From the NCBI GenBank assembly GCA_026413965.1, contig JAOAJY010000001.1:1-53334 (forward strand): a DNA stretch of 53,334 bases, given 5' to 3'. The position numbers were made by a program, and so were the translations under genes. The notes under the pieces were generated by a model. The model worked only from the letters and a program-made list of their open reading frames with translations. It did not search any database and was not told where the DNA came from. This stretch comes from Candidatus Micrarchaeota archaeon (lineage in GTDB: Archaea > Micrarchaeota > Micrarchaeia > Anstonellales > Anstonellaceae). This document shows, piece after piece, positions 1 to 10,175 of the stretch (within the stretch, counting starts at the first letter, position 1; each line of letters starts with the position of its first letter).

Positions 1-1
1 A

Positions 2-559
2 TGCATGGAAGCAGAATGGAAGAAAAACAAAAAAATTGTCACCACGGTCGCAACGAGCAGAGTAGTTGAGGAGGCATGCGCAGGATTTGGGGCAGAGACA
101 ATCTACACTAAAGTTGGTGCGCCGTACTTGGCAGAAAAGATTGCAGCGCTTGGAGAAAGCGCGGTTATTGGCGGCGAGGAAGTGGGAGGGATTATCTGGC
201 CAAAATTCTCGCTTGCAAAAGACGGAATATTTGCCGCAGCAAAAATGTGCGAAATTATATGCGAAAAAAGCCTCTCTGAACATCTTTCAGAGCTTCCAGT
301 TTACCACAATTCAAAGGAGAAAATAGAGGTTGCGCCTGAAAAAAAGAGGCTGTGCTTAGAGTCTGCCAAAAAACATGCCGAAGGCTCTGGCGGAAAGCTT
401 TGCCTGATAGACGGAGTGCGCGTTGATTTTGACGATTCGTGGGTAATTGTCAGAGCAAGCGGCACAGAGAATGCCATGCGGATTTTCGCTGAGGCAAAAA
501 GCAGGAAGAAAGCCGAGGAATTGGTAAGGGAGTATAAAGATGCCCTAAATGTTGCTTAA
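2..559 (+). CDS. Phosphohexomutase (phosphoglucomutase/phosphomannomutase/GlmM family), C-terminal part, 5'-truncated by window edge
   Basis: Motifs TKVG, GGEEVGG (sugar-binding loop), KDG, IDGVRVDF and VRASGTE (domain IV). Confidence 0.9.
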   Translation, partial: CMEAEWKKNKKIVTTVATSRVVEEACAGFGAETIYTKVGAPYLAEKIAALGESAVIGGEEVGGIIWPKFSLAKDGIFAAAKMCEIICEKSLSEHLSELPVYHNSKEKIEVAPEKKRLCLESAKKHAEGSGGKLCLIDGVRVDFDDSWVIVRASGTENAMRIFAEAKSRKKAEELVREYKDALNVA

Positions 560-1458
560 ATAAGCAGACCTAGCATAAAATCAAATCCTGCAAGAACCAA
601 GACAAAAAATAATGTGCTTATAATGATGGAATCTGCAACCAGCTTTGAATCTAGCTTGAATTTTTGGGCTATCACAAAATTTGTCACTGCAACCGGCATG
701 AGAGCCTCAAGGAATGATATTTCAAAAAGTTCTCCGCTAAGCCCGAAAATTGAAGAAACAGCTATGAAAATGACCGGAAAAACAAGCATCTTGAAAAAGC
801 AAACAAGAAAAAGTTTCGATGGAGGTGAGCTCAGAGACTTTCCGTAAAGGAAAGCCCCAATGGAAAAAAGGGCAAGCGGGGCAGTAGTGGAACCTATTGC
901 AGATATTGCCTTAATCAGAGCATCTGGCAGGCTAATGCCTGAAAAAGAGAATAATGCCCCAAGAATGCAACTTAGTATCAAAGTATTTGAGCTGATTTTG
1001 CCTTCACCTGCAGGCTTTCTGCGAGAAAAAAATGAAACAAGGGCAATTCCGATGCCAAACAAAAAAACATTGTACACAAAAGAGATAATGCTTGCCGTGG
1101 CAAGTGCCTCAGATCCGAAACGAAGCTCTATTAGGGGAAAGCCCAGATAAATGATATTTCCGAAAAATGAGGTTATGACCAAAAGAGCAGCTAGCTCTTG
1201 ATGCAAAATCTTCAGTTTCCATAAAGAAACGACTATCGAAATGCTAATAAGAATAGGGATGGCATTTGCAAGCACTAGCATCAGGTGCTCGATGCCTAGC
1301 CGCACTGAGTAAATTTTAGAGAAAATTAGAAAAGGCATGGAAATGTAGTATATGTAGTCATTTATTACTGGGTTCGCATTTTCTCCCAAGACATTGAAAA
1401 ATCTGGCCAAAAATCCTACGAGCATCACACCAAAGACAGGCAAAATTATGTCGAGCAT
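556..1458 (-). CDS. AEC (auxin efflux carrier) family transporter
   Basis: About 10 TM helices; ILPVFGVMLVGF start, FGNIIYLGFPL, PLALFSIGA and MPVAV motifs; start moved to ATG at 1458. Confidence 0.85.
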   Translation of the reverse strand: MLDIILPVFGVMLVGFLARFFNVLGENANPVINDYIYYISMPFLIFSKIYSVRLGIEHLMLVLANAIPILISISIVVSLWKLKILHQELAALLVITSFFGNIIYLGFPLIELRFGSEALATASIISFVYNVFLFGIGIALVSFFSRRKPAGEGKISSNTLILSCILGALFSFSGISLPDALIKAISAIGSTTAPLALFSIGAFLYGKSLSSPPSKLFLVCFFKMLVFPVIFIAVSSIFGLSGELFEISFLEALMPVAVTNFVIAQKFKLDSKLVADSIIISTLFFVLVLAGFDFMLGLLI

Positions 1459-1539
1459 GCCAGAAAAACGAGAAAACCGTTTATATTGGTTTTGCAAACG
1501 TTTTTTAACAGCATATGAGGTAAAGATGGGGTTGATTTT

Positions 1540-2244
1540 GTGAAAGCAGTAGTTTTGTGCGGAGGCAAGGGCACAAGGCTGAGGCCATACACATATACGA
1601 TACCAAAGCCAATGCTTCCTTTAGGCAAAAAGCCGATACTGTCTTACGTTCTTGCCTCGCTGAAGTCCGCAGGCATCAAGGAAGCATATCTTACTGTAGG
1701 CTATCTTCATGAGCAAATCAAGGATTATTTTGGGGATGGCAAAAAGATAGGCATGAAGCTGTCCTACTCGGTTGAAACAGAAGAGCTTGGAACGGCAGGT
1801 TCTCTTTTGCCTCTCCAAGACAAGCTCAAAGAAAGCTTCATTGTCATGATGGGTGACCACTTTTCAAACCTGAACATAAAGGAGATGATCGCATTCCACA
1901 AAAAAAAGCAGGCGTTTGCGACAATCGCGCTGAACAGGAAGGGAGTGCCGCTGGAATACGGTGTTGCGGACTTGGAGGAAGAGAGAATAATAAGGTTCAG
2001 GGAAAAGCCAATCGTCCAAAATTTCGTCAATGCTGGAGTTTACATTTTTGAGCCTCAAATTTTCAATTACATACGGCCCAAGGAGGATTTTGCGACCCAT
2101 GTGTTTCCGCGCTTGCTTGAAAGCAAGCTGCCCGTCTATGGGTTTGTGTTTTCTGACTATTGGCTTGACATCGGAAGAACCACCGACTATGAGCAAATCA
2201 ACACATACATCAGCATAATCGAGCTGGTGAACAAGGCAAAATGA
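1540..2244 (+). CDS. Sugar-phosphate nucleotidyltransferase (NTP_transferase, mannose-1-P guanylyltransferase-like)
   Basis: KAVVLCGGKGTRLRPYT..PKPMLP, LGTAG, FREKP, NAGVY, WLDIG; GTG start. Confidence 0.92.
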   Translation: MKAVVLCGGKGTRLRPYTYTIPKPMLPLGKKPILSYVLASLKSAGIKEAYLTVGYLHEQIKDYFGDGKKIGMKLSYSVETEELGTAGSLLPLQDKLKESFIVMMGDHFSNLNIKEMIAFHKKKQAFATIALNRKGVPLEYGVADLEEERIIRFREKPIVQNFVNAGVYIFEPQIFNYIRPKEDFATHVFPRLLESKLPVYGFVFSDYWLDIGRTTDYEQINTYISIIELVNKAK

Positions 2245-4378
2245 GAGATGAGGAAAAAAGCCAAAACAGAAGAGAAGCCAGCGAGACTGCCGCACCAGCT
2301 GCTTGTGCTAAGCTTGCCACATATTTCATCTCTACTTCCCCTTTGGCAAAAACCAGCATAAAGCCAGGAGAAGCCATGTAGATTGGAATCTCCATGCCTC
2401 CAATATAGGCTTTCCAGTTTGGATGAAAAGACTCTTTAATTAGAACAGGCGAAACGCTTTCAGATGAAACAGTGAACCTTATGGCGCCATTTTTGTACTC
2501 AAGAAGATTTACCTGCCCCACATCAAAAATAGGAATATCATGGCAGCTGAAAAAGTAAACGTGCTGGTTAGGCATATAAAACCATGTCCTTATGGCATCT
2601 TCCTTGCTTTGGTTGCAAATTGGAATAGCTTTTACAGCCTCAACCAAAGAAAAGTTCCCTACCCTATAGTGAAAAAAAGTCTTGTTTCCTGATTCAAAGA
2701 TGCCGTTCAGTCTGAACTCTTGGCGGAAATAATCTTTGTCCATATCTTTTTCTACAACCAAATCAGTAAGCCAAAGAAAATTTGAGCGGTCTTTCAACAA
2801 CTTCTGATTATTTAGAATTGGCGTTGCCTCCATAATTTGAATTCCGCCCCAATTGATCTTTTGTATGTTATCATTGAAAGAATAAATATGGCTGAAAGAA
2901 ATATGGGAAAGAGAAGCCTGCTCAACAAACAAACCTCCTAAAATAGGCTTTCTGCTCTGGAAAAAGTACTGAAAATCTGGGGAACGGGCATATGCCTTTT
3001 CTTGGGGGCAGAGCACTGCTGTCCGTCCGATGGTTTCTATCGGAAATGAAAGAATCCTGCTGTCTTCTTCAGGATGGCTGTATATGCGGAAATCCGGATG
3101 CAATATGATTGCAAGCGATATCAGAATGAAGAAAAAGGGGGCAGCTGCCTGGTTGATTGTCCTTTCTTTTGCAAGAATGGCAAGTTGGTCTAAAAGCTTT
3201 GGCAACGCTAGGCCAGCTGCGCCTGCTGAAAAGAAAAACAAAACCGTGTCAAATCTTACTATATGAATAAAAAGATTCTCAATATTGTGGGAACTGAGAG
3301 ACAAAAATATAACCGCCAATAGCGATGCAAAATATGCTGCAAGCATGCAAAAAAACAAAAGAGGGAATTTTCTTTCGCCTGACAAAAGAAGGATGGATAT
3401 GGATAAGCCTGCCAGCATAAAAGCAAAATCCTGCAAAGAAAGGCCAGTTGGATAAAAAAACCGCTGCTGGAAGAACATCGCCATCACAAAAATCCCAAAT
3501 ACGGCTGCCGCTCCTATCGTGTCAAATTTCTTCATCTTTGAGAAGAGAATGAGAAAAATCATGCATGAAAGAAGACCTAAAATGCAATAAGAGACGCTAT
3601 AAAGGAATTTTTGCCCAAGGCCATAGAAAACTGGGGATATTGCAGAAGAGCCGTGCCACAGCAGATTTTGAAGGAATGAAAAAAGCCAAAATGCGGACAA
3701 GCCAAGCCCAAGAATTAAAGTTTCGGATAATCTTCGCACTTCATTCCAAGAAAATCCATTTTGAAGCAATGCGAAAATAAAAAAGCCAAAGAAAGAAACT
3801 GCAAGATTGAAAGCTGAAATTATATTAGCCAGGATTACGATGGAAAAAAATAAAGCAGAAAGTTTTGGGGACTTTGGATAAAACGATAATGCTGCAAAAA
3901 AGAAAGGCAAAGAAAGGAAGTTTGAAAAAGACCCGATAAAAAAAGCGCTGTAGAGAGTTGCGCTGTTGCTGTAATTGAAAGTTGCCATCAACAGGCAAAC
4001 GAAAAATGAAGCCCACCCGGAGCGTTCATTTGAATATCCAAAACTTCGCAAGAATTCATAGAAAATCACAGGTATTGCCAACACAGAAATAATGGTCAGC
4101 AGCTTGATAGAGGTTGAGAAATCAAGGAAAAAAGAGAAAAAAGAGGCTAGGATTTTTGATAATGGAGGATATGAATCAATAGGAAAGCCTAAAAGAAAAA
4201 ACGAGTTCCAACCATAAATTCCAGGGAAGACGTTTTCCTTAAATGCGATAGCCTCTGCAAGATGCCCTGGAGAGTCCCAAGAAAGAAGGCGCGAATGAGA
4301 CCAATAAGAAAAAGAACAAAAAAGAATAAGCAAAAGCCCGAAAGCCAAACTCATAGGGATTTTGCCCACGGCAATCAT
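2210..4378 (-). CDS. Multi-pass GT-C-type membrane glycosyltransferase (PTPS-related/YfhO-like)
   Basis: WDSPGH and GWN...GFP..YPPL N-terminal motifs, many TM helices, C-terminal KESFHPNWKAY..PGFMLV YfhO-like segment. Confidence 0.7.
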   Translation of the reverse strand: MIAVGKIPMSLAFGLLLILFCSFSYWSHSRLLSWDSPGHLAEAIAFKENVFPGIYGWNSFFLLGFPIDSYPPLSKILASFFSFFLDFSTSIKLLTIISVLAIPVIFYEFLRSFGYSNERSGWASFFVCLLMATFNYSNSATLYSAFFIGSFSNFLSLPFFFAALSFYPKSPKLSALFFSIVILANIISAFNLAVSFFGFFIFALLQNGFSWNEVRRLSETLILGLGLSAFWLFSFLQNLLWHGSSAISPVFYGLGQKFLYSVSYCILGLLSCMIFLILFSKMKKFDTIGAAAVFGIFVMAMFFQQRFFYPTGLSLQDFAFMLAGLSISILLLSGERKFPLLFFCMLAAYFASLLAVIFLSLSSHNIENLFIHIVRFDTVLFFFSAGAAGLALPKLLDQLAILAKERTINQAAAPFFFILISLAIILHPDFRIYSHPEEDSRILSFPIETIGRTAVLCPQEKAYARSPDFQYFFQSRKPILGGLFVEQASLSHISFSHIYSFNDNIQKINWGGIQIMEATPILNNQKLLKDRSNFLWLTDLVVEKDMDKDYFRQEFRLNGIFESGNKTFFHYRVGNFSLVEAVKAIPICNQSKEDAIRTWFYMPNQHVYFFSCHDIPIFDVGQVNLLEYKNGAIRFTVSSESVSPVLIKESFHPNWKAYIGGMEIPIYMASPGFMLVFAKGEVEMKYVASLAQAAGAAVSLASLLFWLFSSSLILPCSPARLC

Positions 4379-5265
4379 TCTGAAAGCAGCTCCTTTAAGC
4401 CTTGCTCAAGCGGGATTTTTGGAGAATAGCCAAGCGACTTTCTTGCCAGCGATATGTCTGCGCAGCTGTGCTGAATATCGCCTTTGCGGGCAGGCAGGAA
4501 TTTTGGGAGAAGCTCTTTTCCGGATATGGCGCGCATTTTCTCAAACAAACCGATGATTGAGGTTTGCTTTCCTGAGCCTATGTTTATGGGAGAGCCATTG
4601 GGCTGAAGCTCCAATGCCCTAAGGAACGCTTCAGCCACATCATCCACATGCACAAAATCCCTAGTCTGCTTACCATCGCCGTAGATCAGCGGCTGCGAAT
4701 TTGACTTGAAAGCCTCTGCGAACTTGGCTATCACTCCTGAATACGGGCTTTGGGCGGACTGGCCTCTGCCAAAGACATTGAAAAGCCGCAAGGCAAAATT
4801 CTCCATCCCGTAAATTTGGTTGTAGGATATGACATACCGCTCTGCTGAAAGCTTGGACAGGCCATATGGGGATAGCGGCTCTGTTGGATGGCTTTCGGCA
4901 ATTGGCAGGGTTTTTGGGTTACCGTAAACTGCTGCTGAGGAGGCAAAAACCACTTTTTTTATCCCTCTTCTTCGCGCGGCTTCAAGCACGTTGATTGTGC
5001 CTTGGGCGTTCACTTGGAAGTCTGCATAAGGGTCAGATACAGAGGCTTGCACATCCACCAAAGCCGCAAGATGGATTACTGCCTCTGCCTTCTCAAAAAG
5101 CCTCTGCAAGCGAAGTATGTCCAGAACTGAAGCGCGCACGAATTCCGCCTCAGCCTCGGCTTTGGGCGGCGCTATGTCCAATATTTGGACTTTGTAGCCG
5201 CTTTCGGACAAAAGCGAGCAAAGGTGCGAGCCTATGAAGCCTGATCCTCCGGTTACGACTATCAT
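4375..5265 (-). CDS. NAD-dependent epimerase/dehydratase (GalE-like extended SDR)
   Basis: VTGGSGFIG Rossmann motif, HLAA, SSAAVYG, YGLSK catalytic YxxxK, RDFVHV. Confidence 0.92.
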   Translation of the reverse strand: MIVVTGGSGFIGSHLCSLLSESGYKVQILDIAPPKAEAEAEFVRASVLDILRLQRLFEKAEAVIHLAALVDVQASVSDPYADFQVNAQGTINVLEAARRRGIKKVVFASSAAVYGNPKTLPIAESHPTEPLSPYGLSKLSAERYVISYNQIYGMENFALRLFNVFGRGQSAQSPYSGVIAKFAEAFKSNSQPLIYGDGKQTRDFVHVDDVAEAFLRALELQPNGSPINIGSGKQTSIIGLFEKMRAISGKELLPKFLPARKGDIQHSCADISLARKSLGYSPKIPLEQGLKELLSE

Positions 5266-5281
5266 CCAATCGCCATATTCA

Positions 5282-6262
5282 TTAAAGCAGCCTTGCGTAT
5301 AATACTATCGCCAAAAGGCCGAAGAAGGCCTCCGCAGCGATGAAAAACGCCACCAGCTTCTGCTCAGATATCCCGCCTGAAATTTTCATTACAGCCTGCG
5401 CAAGCCCTCGGACTTTTCCCTCAACAGGGTAAAGCTTCCCTTCCCTCAGCTCGCCCCACCACTTTGTGGATGGAAAGCGGTTGTAGGCTTTTATGGCAAA
5501 GTCCAAAAGGTAAGGCAGGACAAGGATTGCGCCCACAGATTCCATATTGCCTATTATCACAGCAGAGGCAAGGGTGGCGCCTATAGCAAGAGTCCCTATG
5601 TCCCCCATGAAAACCTTTGCAGGATACCAGCTGTATCGCAAGAAAGCCAGCAGCGCGCCAAGCATGGATGCGCAAAGAAGAGCCATCTCGACAGAGCCCG
5701 CTGAAATTGCAACCAGCAGGGCAGAGGCGAACATCACCGAGCCCATTCCAGCCTCCATGCCGTTGAACCCGGCAAGCATATTGGTGAGGTTTGAGGCGAC
5801 TGTCACCCCAAGCGGAATGAGGAGGAATATGTAAAGAAACCCGAAATCCACCAGGCCTATTATAGGCAGGGATATTGCGGTGCTTCCTGCCGCGCTCACC
5901 GCCACAAGAGGGAGAGAGGCAACCATGGGCAGCACAGTCTTCACGTCCTTGCGCATGTCAAAAAGGTCGTCAAAAGTGCCTATAAGCGCAATTATGGTTA
6001 TTGTGAGCATGGCGGCAAGCATCTCGACAAGCGCGAATTGGTAGCCAAAAAAAGTCCTAAGCCCGATGGCAAAAAGCAGTGAGCCTATCACGCCCATGAT
6101 GACCGCAAGACCTCCCATCTCAGGAACCTCGGGCTTTCCTTCCTTGTTGACATCTTTGCCCACTATGCCTGAGGCTGCAAGCTTTCGTATCAGGAAAGGC
6201 AGGGAAAAGAAAGTTATGGAAAGAGAGGATGCGAAAACCAAAAACAGCATGAGGAGGTCCAT
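5282..6262 (-). CDS. aglH: UDP-GlcNAc:dolichyl-phosphate GlcNAc-1-phosphotransferase (MraY/GPT family, AglH-like)
   Basis: GKDVNK..PEMGG, GTFDD, NMLAGFNGMEAG, YPAKVFMGDIG motifs. Confidence 0.85.
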   Translation of the reverse strand: MDLLMLFLVFASSLSITFFSLPFLIRKLAASGIVGKDVNKEGKPEVPEMGGLAVIMGVIGSLLFAIGLRTFFGYQFALVEMLAAMLTITIIALIGTFDDLFDMRKDVKTVLPMVASLPLVAVSAAGSTAISLPIIGLVDFGFLYIFLLIPLGVTVASNLTNMLAGFNGMEAGMGSVMFASALLVAISAGSVEMALLCASMLGALLAFLRYSWYPAKVFMGDIGTLAIGATLASAVIIGNMESVGAILVLPYLLDFAIKAYNRFPSTKWWGELREGKLYPVEGKVRGLAQAVMKISGGISEQKLVAFFIAAEAFFGLLAIVLYARLL

Positions 6263-7966
6263 TCAATCCACCTTGAAAACCGAAGCTTGCCCAAAGTCCT
6301 TCAAATGGGAAAGCCTGGTTTTGTTGGAATAAACCCTGGCTATGCTGGGCATGGGCGCGCCTTCATCGACCCAAAGAAGAAGGCTTTGCATTTGCGGTGC
6401 TTTCTTTAGAGGAACGAGGCGGGAGAGCGGGGCTGTGCCGTATTGGTTTCCGGAGGAGTCAAGAAGGATGCCGTCCGATAGCGCGAAATTCCCGTCCGCA
6501 TCAAGCTCCCTTGCAACAAGCACCCCGTCGCCGGATGAGTAGATTGAGAACACTTTCCCTCCGGCTTCAACGTCCCTCAAATGCCTCAAAGGCACAAAAT
6601 CAGGCTTCCTTGGTGCAAATTGCCCGGAGTATATCTGCCTCAATGAAAGCACGGCAAAGCTTCCGCTTTCAAGCTCTCCTGACCCTAAGTAAATATAGCT
6701 TGAGAAAGCAGACTGGTTGCCAAGCTTGGCATGCGGAAGGTAAAAGCGGACAGCGTCGCTTGAGCCAAGCGCATACACTTGGCTCGCGCCCTGCGACTCC
6801 ATGAAAGACAGAGCTTTGGCCATGTCGCTGTCAAAATACCTTTCAGCCGCCTGCTCAGAGGAAGCCATAAGTATTGCGCTGAAAGCCGTGGATGCGAAAA
6901 GGAAAGCGAAAAAGGCGGCTGAAATGACCCTGTTGGAATAATCATAAAAGTGCATAAGAAGAGGCGCAAGGGAGCCGCCCAGAAGCCCGATTGCAGCAGC
7001 CCTGGAAAAGCCAGCCAATCCCAAAGCCAAGCCGAAGACGGAAACAAAGCCCAAGGCAAATGAGCCAAAAAGCTTGGCTGGCTTGGGAATATCCTGCCTG
7101 GCAAGAGCGGATGCTCCTTCCGCAGCAGAAAAAGCCAAGGTCGCGCCTGCTGCGACAGGGCTGAAGCCTGAAAGCACAAAGCCAAGCAGAGAAGAAAGGA
7201 AAGAGCGCGGGCTTGACATTCCGAAGAAATAAAGCACAGCAGAGCAGGCGGCAAGCGAAAAGAGAGCAAAGAACTGCTGCAGCGATGAGGAAATGCTTGA
7301 GGCGCTGAAGCTCATCTTTGAGAAGGTGGGGGAAAGAAAAGAAGCTGCAAGGCAGGCTAAGGCAAGAAGGATGATTGGCATGGCTTTCTGCCGCTCAGAT
7401 AGGGCAGATGAAGCTGAGACTGCGGCAGCCGCAAGCCCAAGCTCAAATGACAGATATCCTGAAATTGCGGCAAAAATTGCTGATGGCAAAAGCAAAGCCT
7501 GCTGATTCTTGGAGAAGGCAAGCAGGGCAAGGAAAGCAGAAAACGGAAGAATGGCAAGCTGCAGGCTTCCATAATAGCCGGGGAGGAAATCCTGCGCAGA
7601 AAGAGGCAGGCACAAAAGAAGCGGAATGAGGGCGGAAATGGCCCTTGCAAAGCCAGCTCCCCTCAAAGCAAGAAAAAGAAGGATAGAAGAAAAAGCCAAA
7701 ACCGCTGGAGAAAGCAGAAGCAACGCATTATTTATTGCTTGAGAAGAATTGGCTGGAAGGCCGGCTAGAGAGGCATAAAGCATGACAAAATATGAGGCGA
7801 ATTGTATATGCATAGGCGAAGGGCTGCCCTCCAAAGCATTCCTAATTGATATGGCTTGGAGGAATTCCGGAAGAGTGGATTGGTTCTGCATCTGCCCAAG
7901 CCCTATGCATGCTGCGAAAATCAAAGCCGCTGCAAGAGCGTCTTTTGCGCCAAGCTTTTTCTCCAT
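6263..7966 (-). CDS. Polytopic membrane protein with STT3/AglB-like architecture but no WWDYG motif
   Basis: About 13 hydrophobic segments followed by a soluble domain starting D..KALSFM...SQVYALGSSDAVRFY; co-oriented with the glycosylation genes. Confidence 0.5.
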   Translation of the reverse strand: MEKKLGAKDALAAALIFAACIGLGQMQNQSTLPEFLQAISIRNALEGSPSPMHIQFASYFVMLYASLAGLPANSSQAINNALLLLSPAVLAFSSILLFLALRGAGFARAISALIPLLLCLPLSAQDFLPGYYGSLQLAILPFSAFLALLAFSKNQQALLLPSAIFAAISGYLSFELGLAAAAVSASSALSERQKAMPIILLALACLAASFLSPTFSKMSFSASSISSSLQQFFALFSLAACSAVLYFFGMSSPRSFLSSLLGFVLSGFSPVAAGATLAFSAAEGASALARQDIPKPAKLFGSFALGFVSVFGLALGLAGFSRAAAIGLLGGSLAPLLMHFYDYSNRVISAAFFAFLFASTAFSAILMASSEQAAERYFDSDMAKALSFMESQGASQVYALGSSDAVRFYLPHAKLGNQSAFSSYIYLGSGELESGSFAVLSLRQIYSGQFAPRKPDFVPLRHLRDVEAGGKVFSIYSSGDGVLVARELDADGNFALSDGILLDSSGNQYGTAPLSRLVPLKKAPQMQSLLLWVDEGAPMPSIARVYSNKTRLSHLKDFGQASVFKVD

Positions 7967-9238
7967 TCAACCTTCCCCTCTAAGATTTTTGAGCAGTTCA
8001 GATGCTTTTGAGGATGAAATATTCTTTTCGCTTATCATCTGCTGGGCAACCAAGTCTATCTCATTGCCCACGGCGCCTGCTGAAATCGCCAGGTTCCTCG
8101 CATGAAGCTCCATATGCCCCCTTTGTATCCCCTCCCCTGCAAGCGCGCGCAAGGCTGCGAAATTTTGCGCCAGCCCAACCGATGCCATCACGCAGGAAAG
8201 CTCTGCTGCGCTTTTGACTCCAAGAATGGAAAGGGCGATTTTTGCCGAGGGCAGCGAGCGTATCGCCCCGCCCACTATCCCGACTGCCAAAGGAAGCTCA
8301 ATCTCCCCCCGCAAGTCTCCATTCGGAAGCTTGGAGTATATGGTAAGAGAGGAATATCTTCCCCCAAAAGCCGCAAACGCATGCGCTCCTGCCTCAACCG
8401 CCCGCCAGTCATTGCCTGTAGCGACTGCGATTGCATCAATGCCGTTCATTATCCCCTTGTTGTGGGTTGCTGCCCTGAAAATATCCGCCTCTGCGAAAGC
8501 CCAGGCGTCCAGTATCCCTTCCACTGCTTCCTCTCCGCCTATGCTCTCCTTTTTCCATACCGCAGAGGCGCGCGCCATCCTCATGACCGCCAGGTTTGAA
8601 AGTATCCTCAGCCTCGCCTTGGCTCCTGCTATCTCAGAAACCTTTGGCGCAACTCCTTCAAGAATGGTGTTTATGGTGTTGGCTCCCATGGAGTCCCGAA
8701 CATCTATGTGAAACTCAGCAATTGCCATGTCGCCCCTCTTTGTGGAAATCTTCCTTGCAGAAAACCCGCGCAGCCCTCCGCCGTATTTTTCTATGCCTTG
8801 GGCAAAGCTGCGCGCATGGGCAATTATTTCCTCTTTTGAGCTTTCAAGCCGCCTGGCTGCATCATCAGCATCAGCCCCAACCAGCTGAATCTGCCCTATC
8901 ATGATTGGGGGGTCTGCGCTTGCGCTGAATCCCCCGGTGTCCCTGCACAGCTTTGCCGCGAAGCTTGCCGCAGCAACAACTGATGGCTCCTCAATTGCCA
9001 TGGGGACAAGATAGTCTTTGCCGTTGATGGTGAAATTGGTGGCTATGCAGAATGGGAGGGAGTGCAGGCTTATGGCATTCTCTGCCATCCTGTCAGCAAT
9101 CTCAAAGTCAAGCGGCATGCCTTCCTCAAGCGAGGCTTTGGCTTCATCTGAAAGCCCGGAAAATTCAGCCACTTTTGCTATCCTTTCTTTTCGGCTCAGC
9201 TTGTAAAAGCCTGAAATCGCAGAGGTTTTCTTGTCCAT
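7967..9238 (-). CDS. mvaA: Hydroxymethylglutaryl-CoA reductase, class II
   Basis: SGFYKLS, ENAIS, PMAIEEPSVVAAAS, DSMGANTIN, THNKGIMNG, GNDWRA, GHMELH; start at ATG 9238. Confidence 0.95.
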   Translation of the reverse strand: MDKKTSAISGFYKLSRKERIAKVAEFSGLSDEAKASLEEGMPLDFEIADRMAENAISLHSLPFCIATNFTINGKDYLVPMAIEEPSVVAAASFAAKLCRDTGGFSASADPPIMIGQIQLVGADADDAARRLESSKEEIIAHARSFAQGIEKYGGGLRGFSARKISTKRGDMAIAEFHIDVRDSMGANTINTILEGVAPKVSEIAGAKARLRILSNLAVMRMARASAVWKKESIGGEEAVEGILDAWAFAEADIFRAATHNKGIMNGIDAIAVATGNDWRAVEAGAHAFAAFGGRYSSLTIYSKLPNGDLRGEIELPLAVGIVGGAIRSLPSAKIALSILGVKSAAELSCVMASVGLAQNFAALRALAGEGIQRGHMELHARNLAISAGAVGNEIDLVAQQMISEKNISSSKASELLKNLRGEG

Positions 9239-9248
9239 GCCAATCAGC

Positions 9249-10112
9249 TTATTTTTTGCCTTCCTGCACATATCCTATGAGCTTGTAGACCAGCCGGGCG
9301 CAAAGAAAATCGGAAACCGAATTGCCTGGGATGGGGGAAAGCTCCACCAAGTCAAAACCGACCACCTTCCTTTTCCTGCAAACCTCCCTGAGAAGGCTGG
9401 TGACCTGCTTCCATGAAAGCCCTCCGGGCTCAGGAGTGCCCACTGCTGGCGCCTCTGAGGGGTCAAAGCCGTCCAGGTCAATTGTCACATAGACTTCTTC
9501 CTTCAGCTTGCCTATGACTTCATCGGCGCTGAAGTCCGAGCCGTAGATGTCAAGCTTCCTTTTTTTGATTGCCTCAGCCTCCTCGGAAGAATAGCTCCTA
9601 ATCCCAACCGAAACCGCATGAAAATTCTCCCTGCAGCGCGCCATGGCGCAGGCGTGGTCGTATTTGCTGCCTTCATACTCGTCCCGCATGTCTGCATGCG
9701 CATCTATCTGCAGGACCGACAGGTTTTTCTTGCCGAATTTGGCAAGGGCGTTGAACGCCCCTACTGAAACAGAGTGCTCTCCGCCAAGCAGTATGGGGAA
9801 CTTGCCAGCCTCAAGAACGGCATGGACTGCCTCCTCCACAAACTTGCAGTTCCTCTGCGGACTGCCCCTGTCAACCTCCAGCTCGTCAGCGGTGAATATG
9901 CCGCACTCTGAGGAAATGTCTTTGCCAAGCTCAATATCATATAGCTCCACCTGGCGCGAAGCGTCAATTATGGCTTTGGGCCCGTTCCTGGCGCCAACCC
10001 CGTATGAGACTGTGGAGTCATAAGGCGAAGACAGTATCACGTACTTTGCGCCCTGCCAATCGCTTTGCACCCCAAGAAAAGTCCTTGGAAGACCGATGTG
10101 GAATATCTTCAT
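9249..10112 (-). CDS. speB: Agmatinase (ureohydrolase)
   Basis: GGEHS, DAHAD, DLDGFDPS.AP.VGTPEPGG, DLVEL; GGAGG RBS. Confidence 0.93.
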   Translation of the reverse strand: MKIFHIGLPRTFLGVQSDWQGAKYVILSSPYDSTVSYGVGARNGPKAIIDASRQVELYDIELGKDISSECGIFTADELEVDRGSPQRNCKFVEEAVHAVLEAGKFPILLGGEHSVSVGAFNALAKFGKKNLSVLQIDAHADMRDEYEGSKYDHACAMARCRENFHAVSVGIRSYSSEEAEAIKKRKLDIYGSDFSADEVIGKLKEEVYVTIDLDGFDPSEAPAVGTPEPGGLSWKQVTSLLREVCRKRKVVGFDLVELSPIPGNSVSDFLCARLVYKLIGYVQEGKK

Positions 10113-10146
10113 ATTCGCCTCCCAAAAGAAGAAAGCCGAAAAGGGC

Positions 10147-10153
10147 TTTTAAA
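10147..10153 (+). promoter_or_regulatory. TATA box (TTTTAAA) with upstream purine-rich BRE, for a probably leaderless UbiA-family gene
   Basis: gaaaagggcTTTTAAA about 29 nt upstream of ATG 10176. Confidence 0.6.
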
Positions 10154-10175
10154 CCCACGCTCTTTTAGGAATAGC

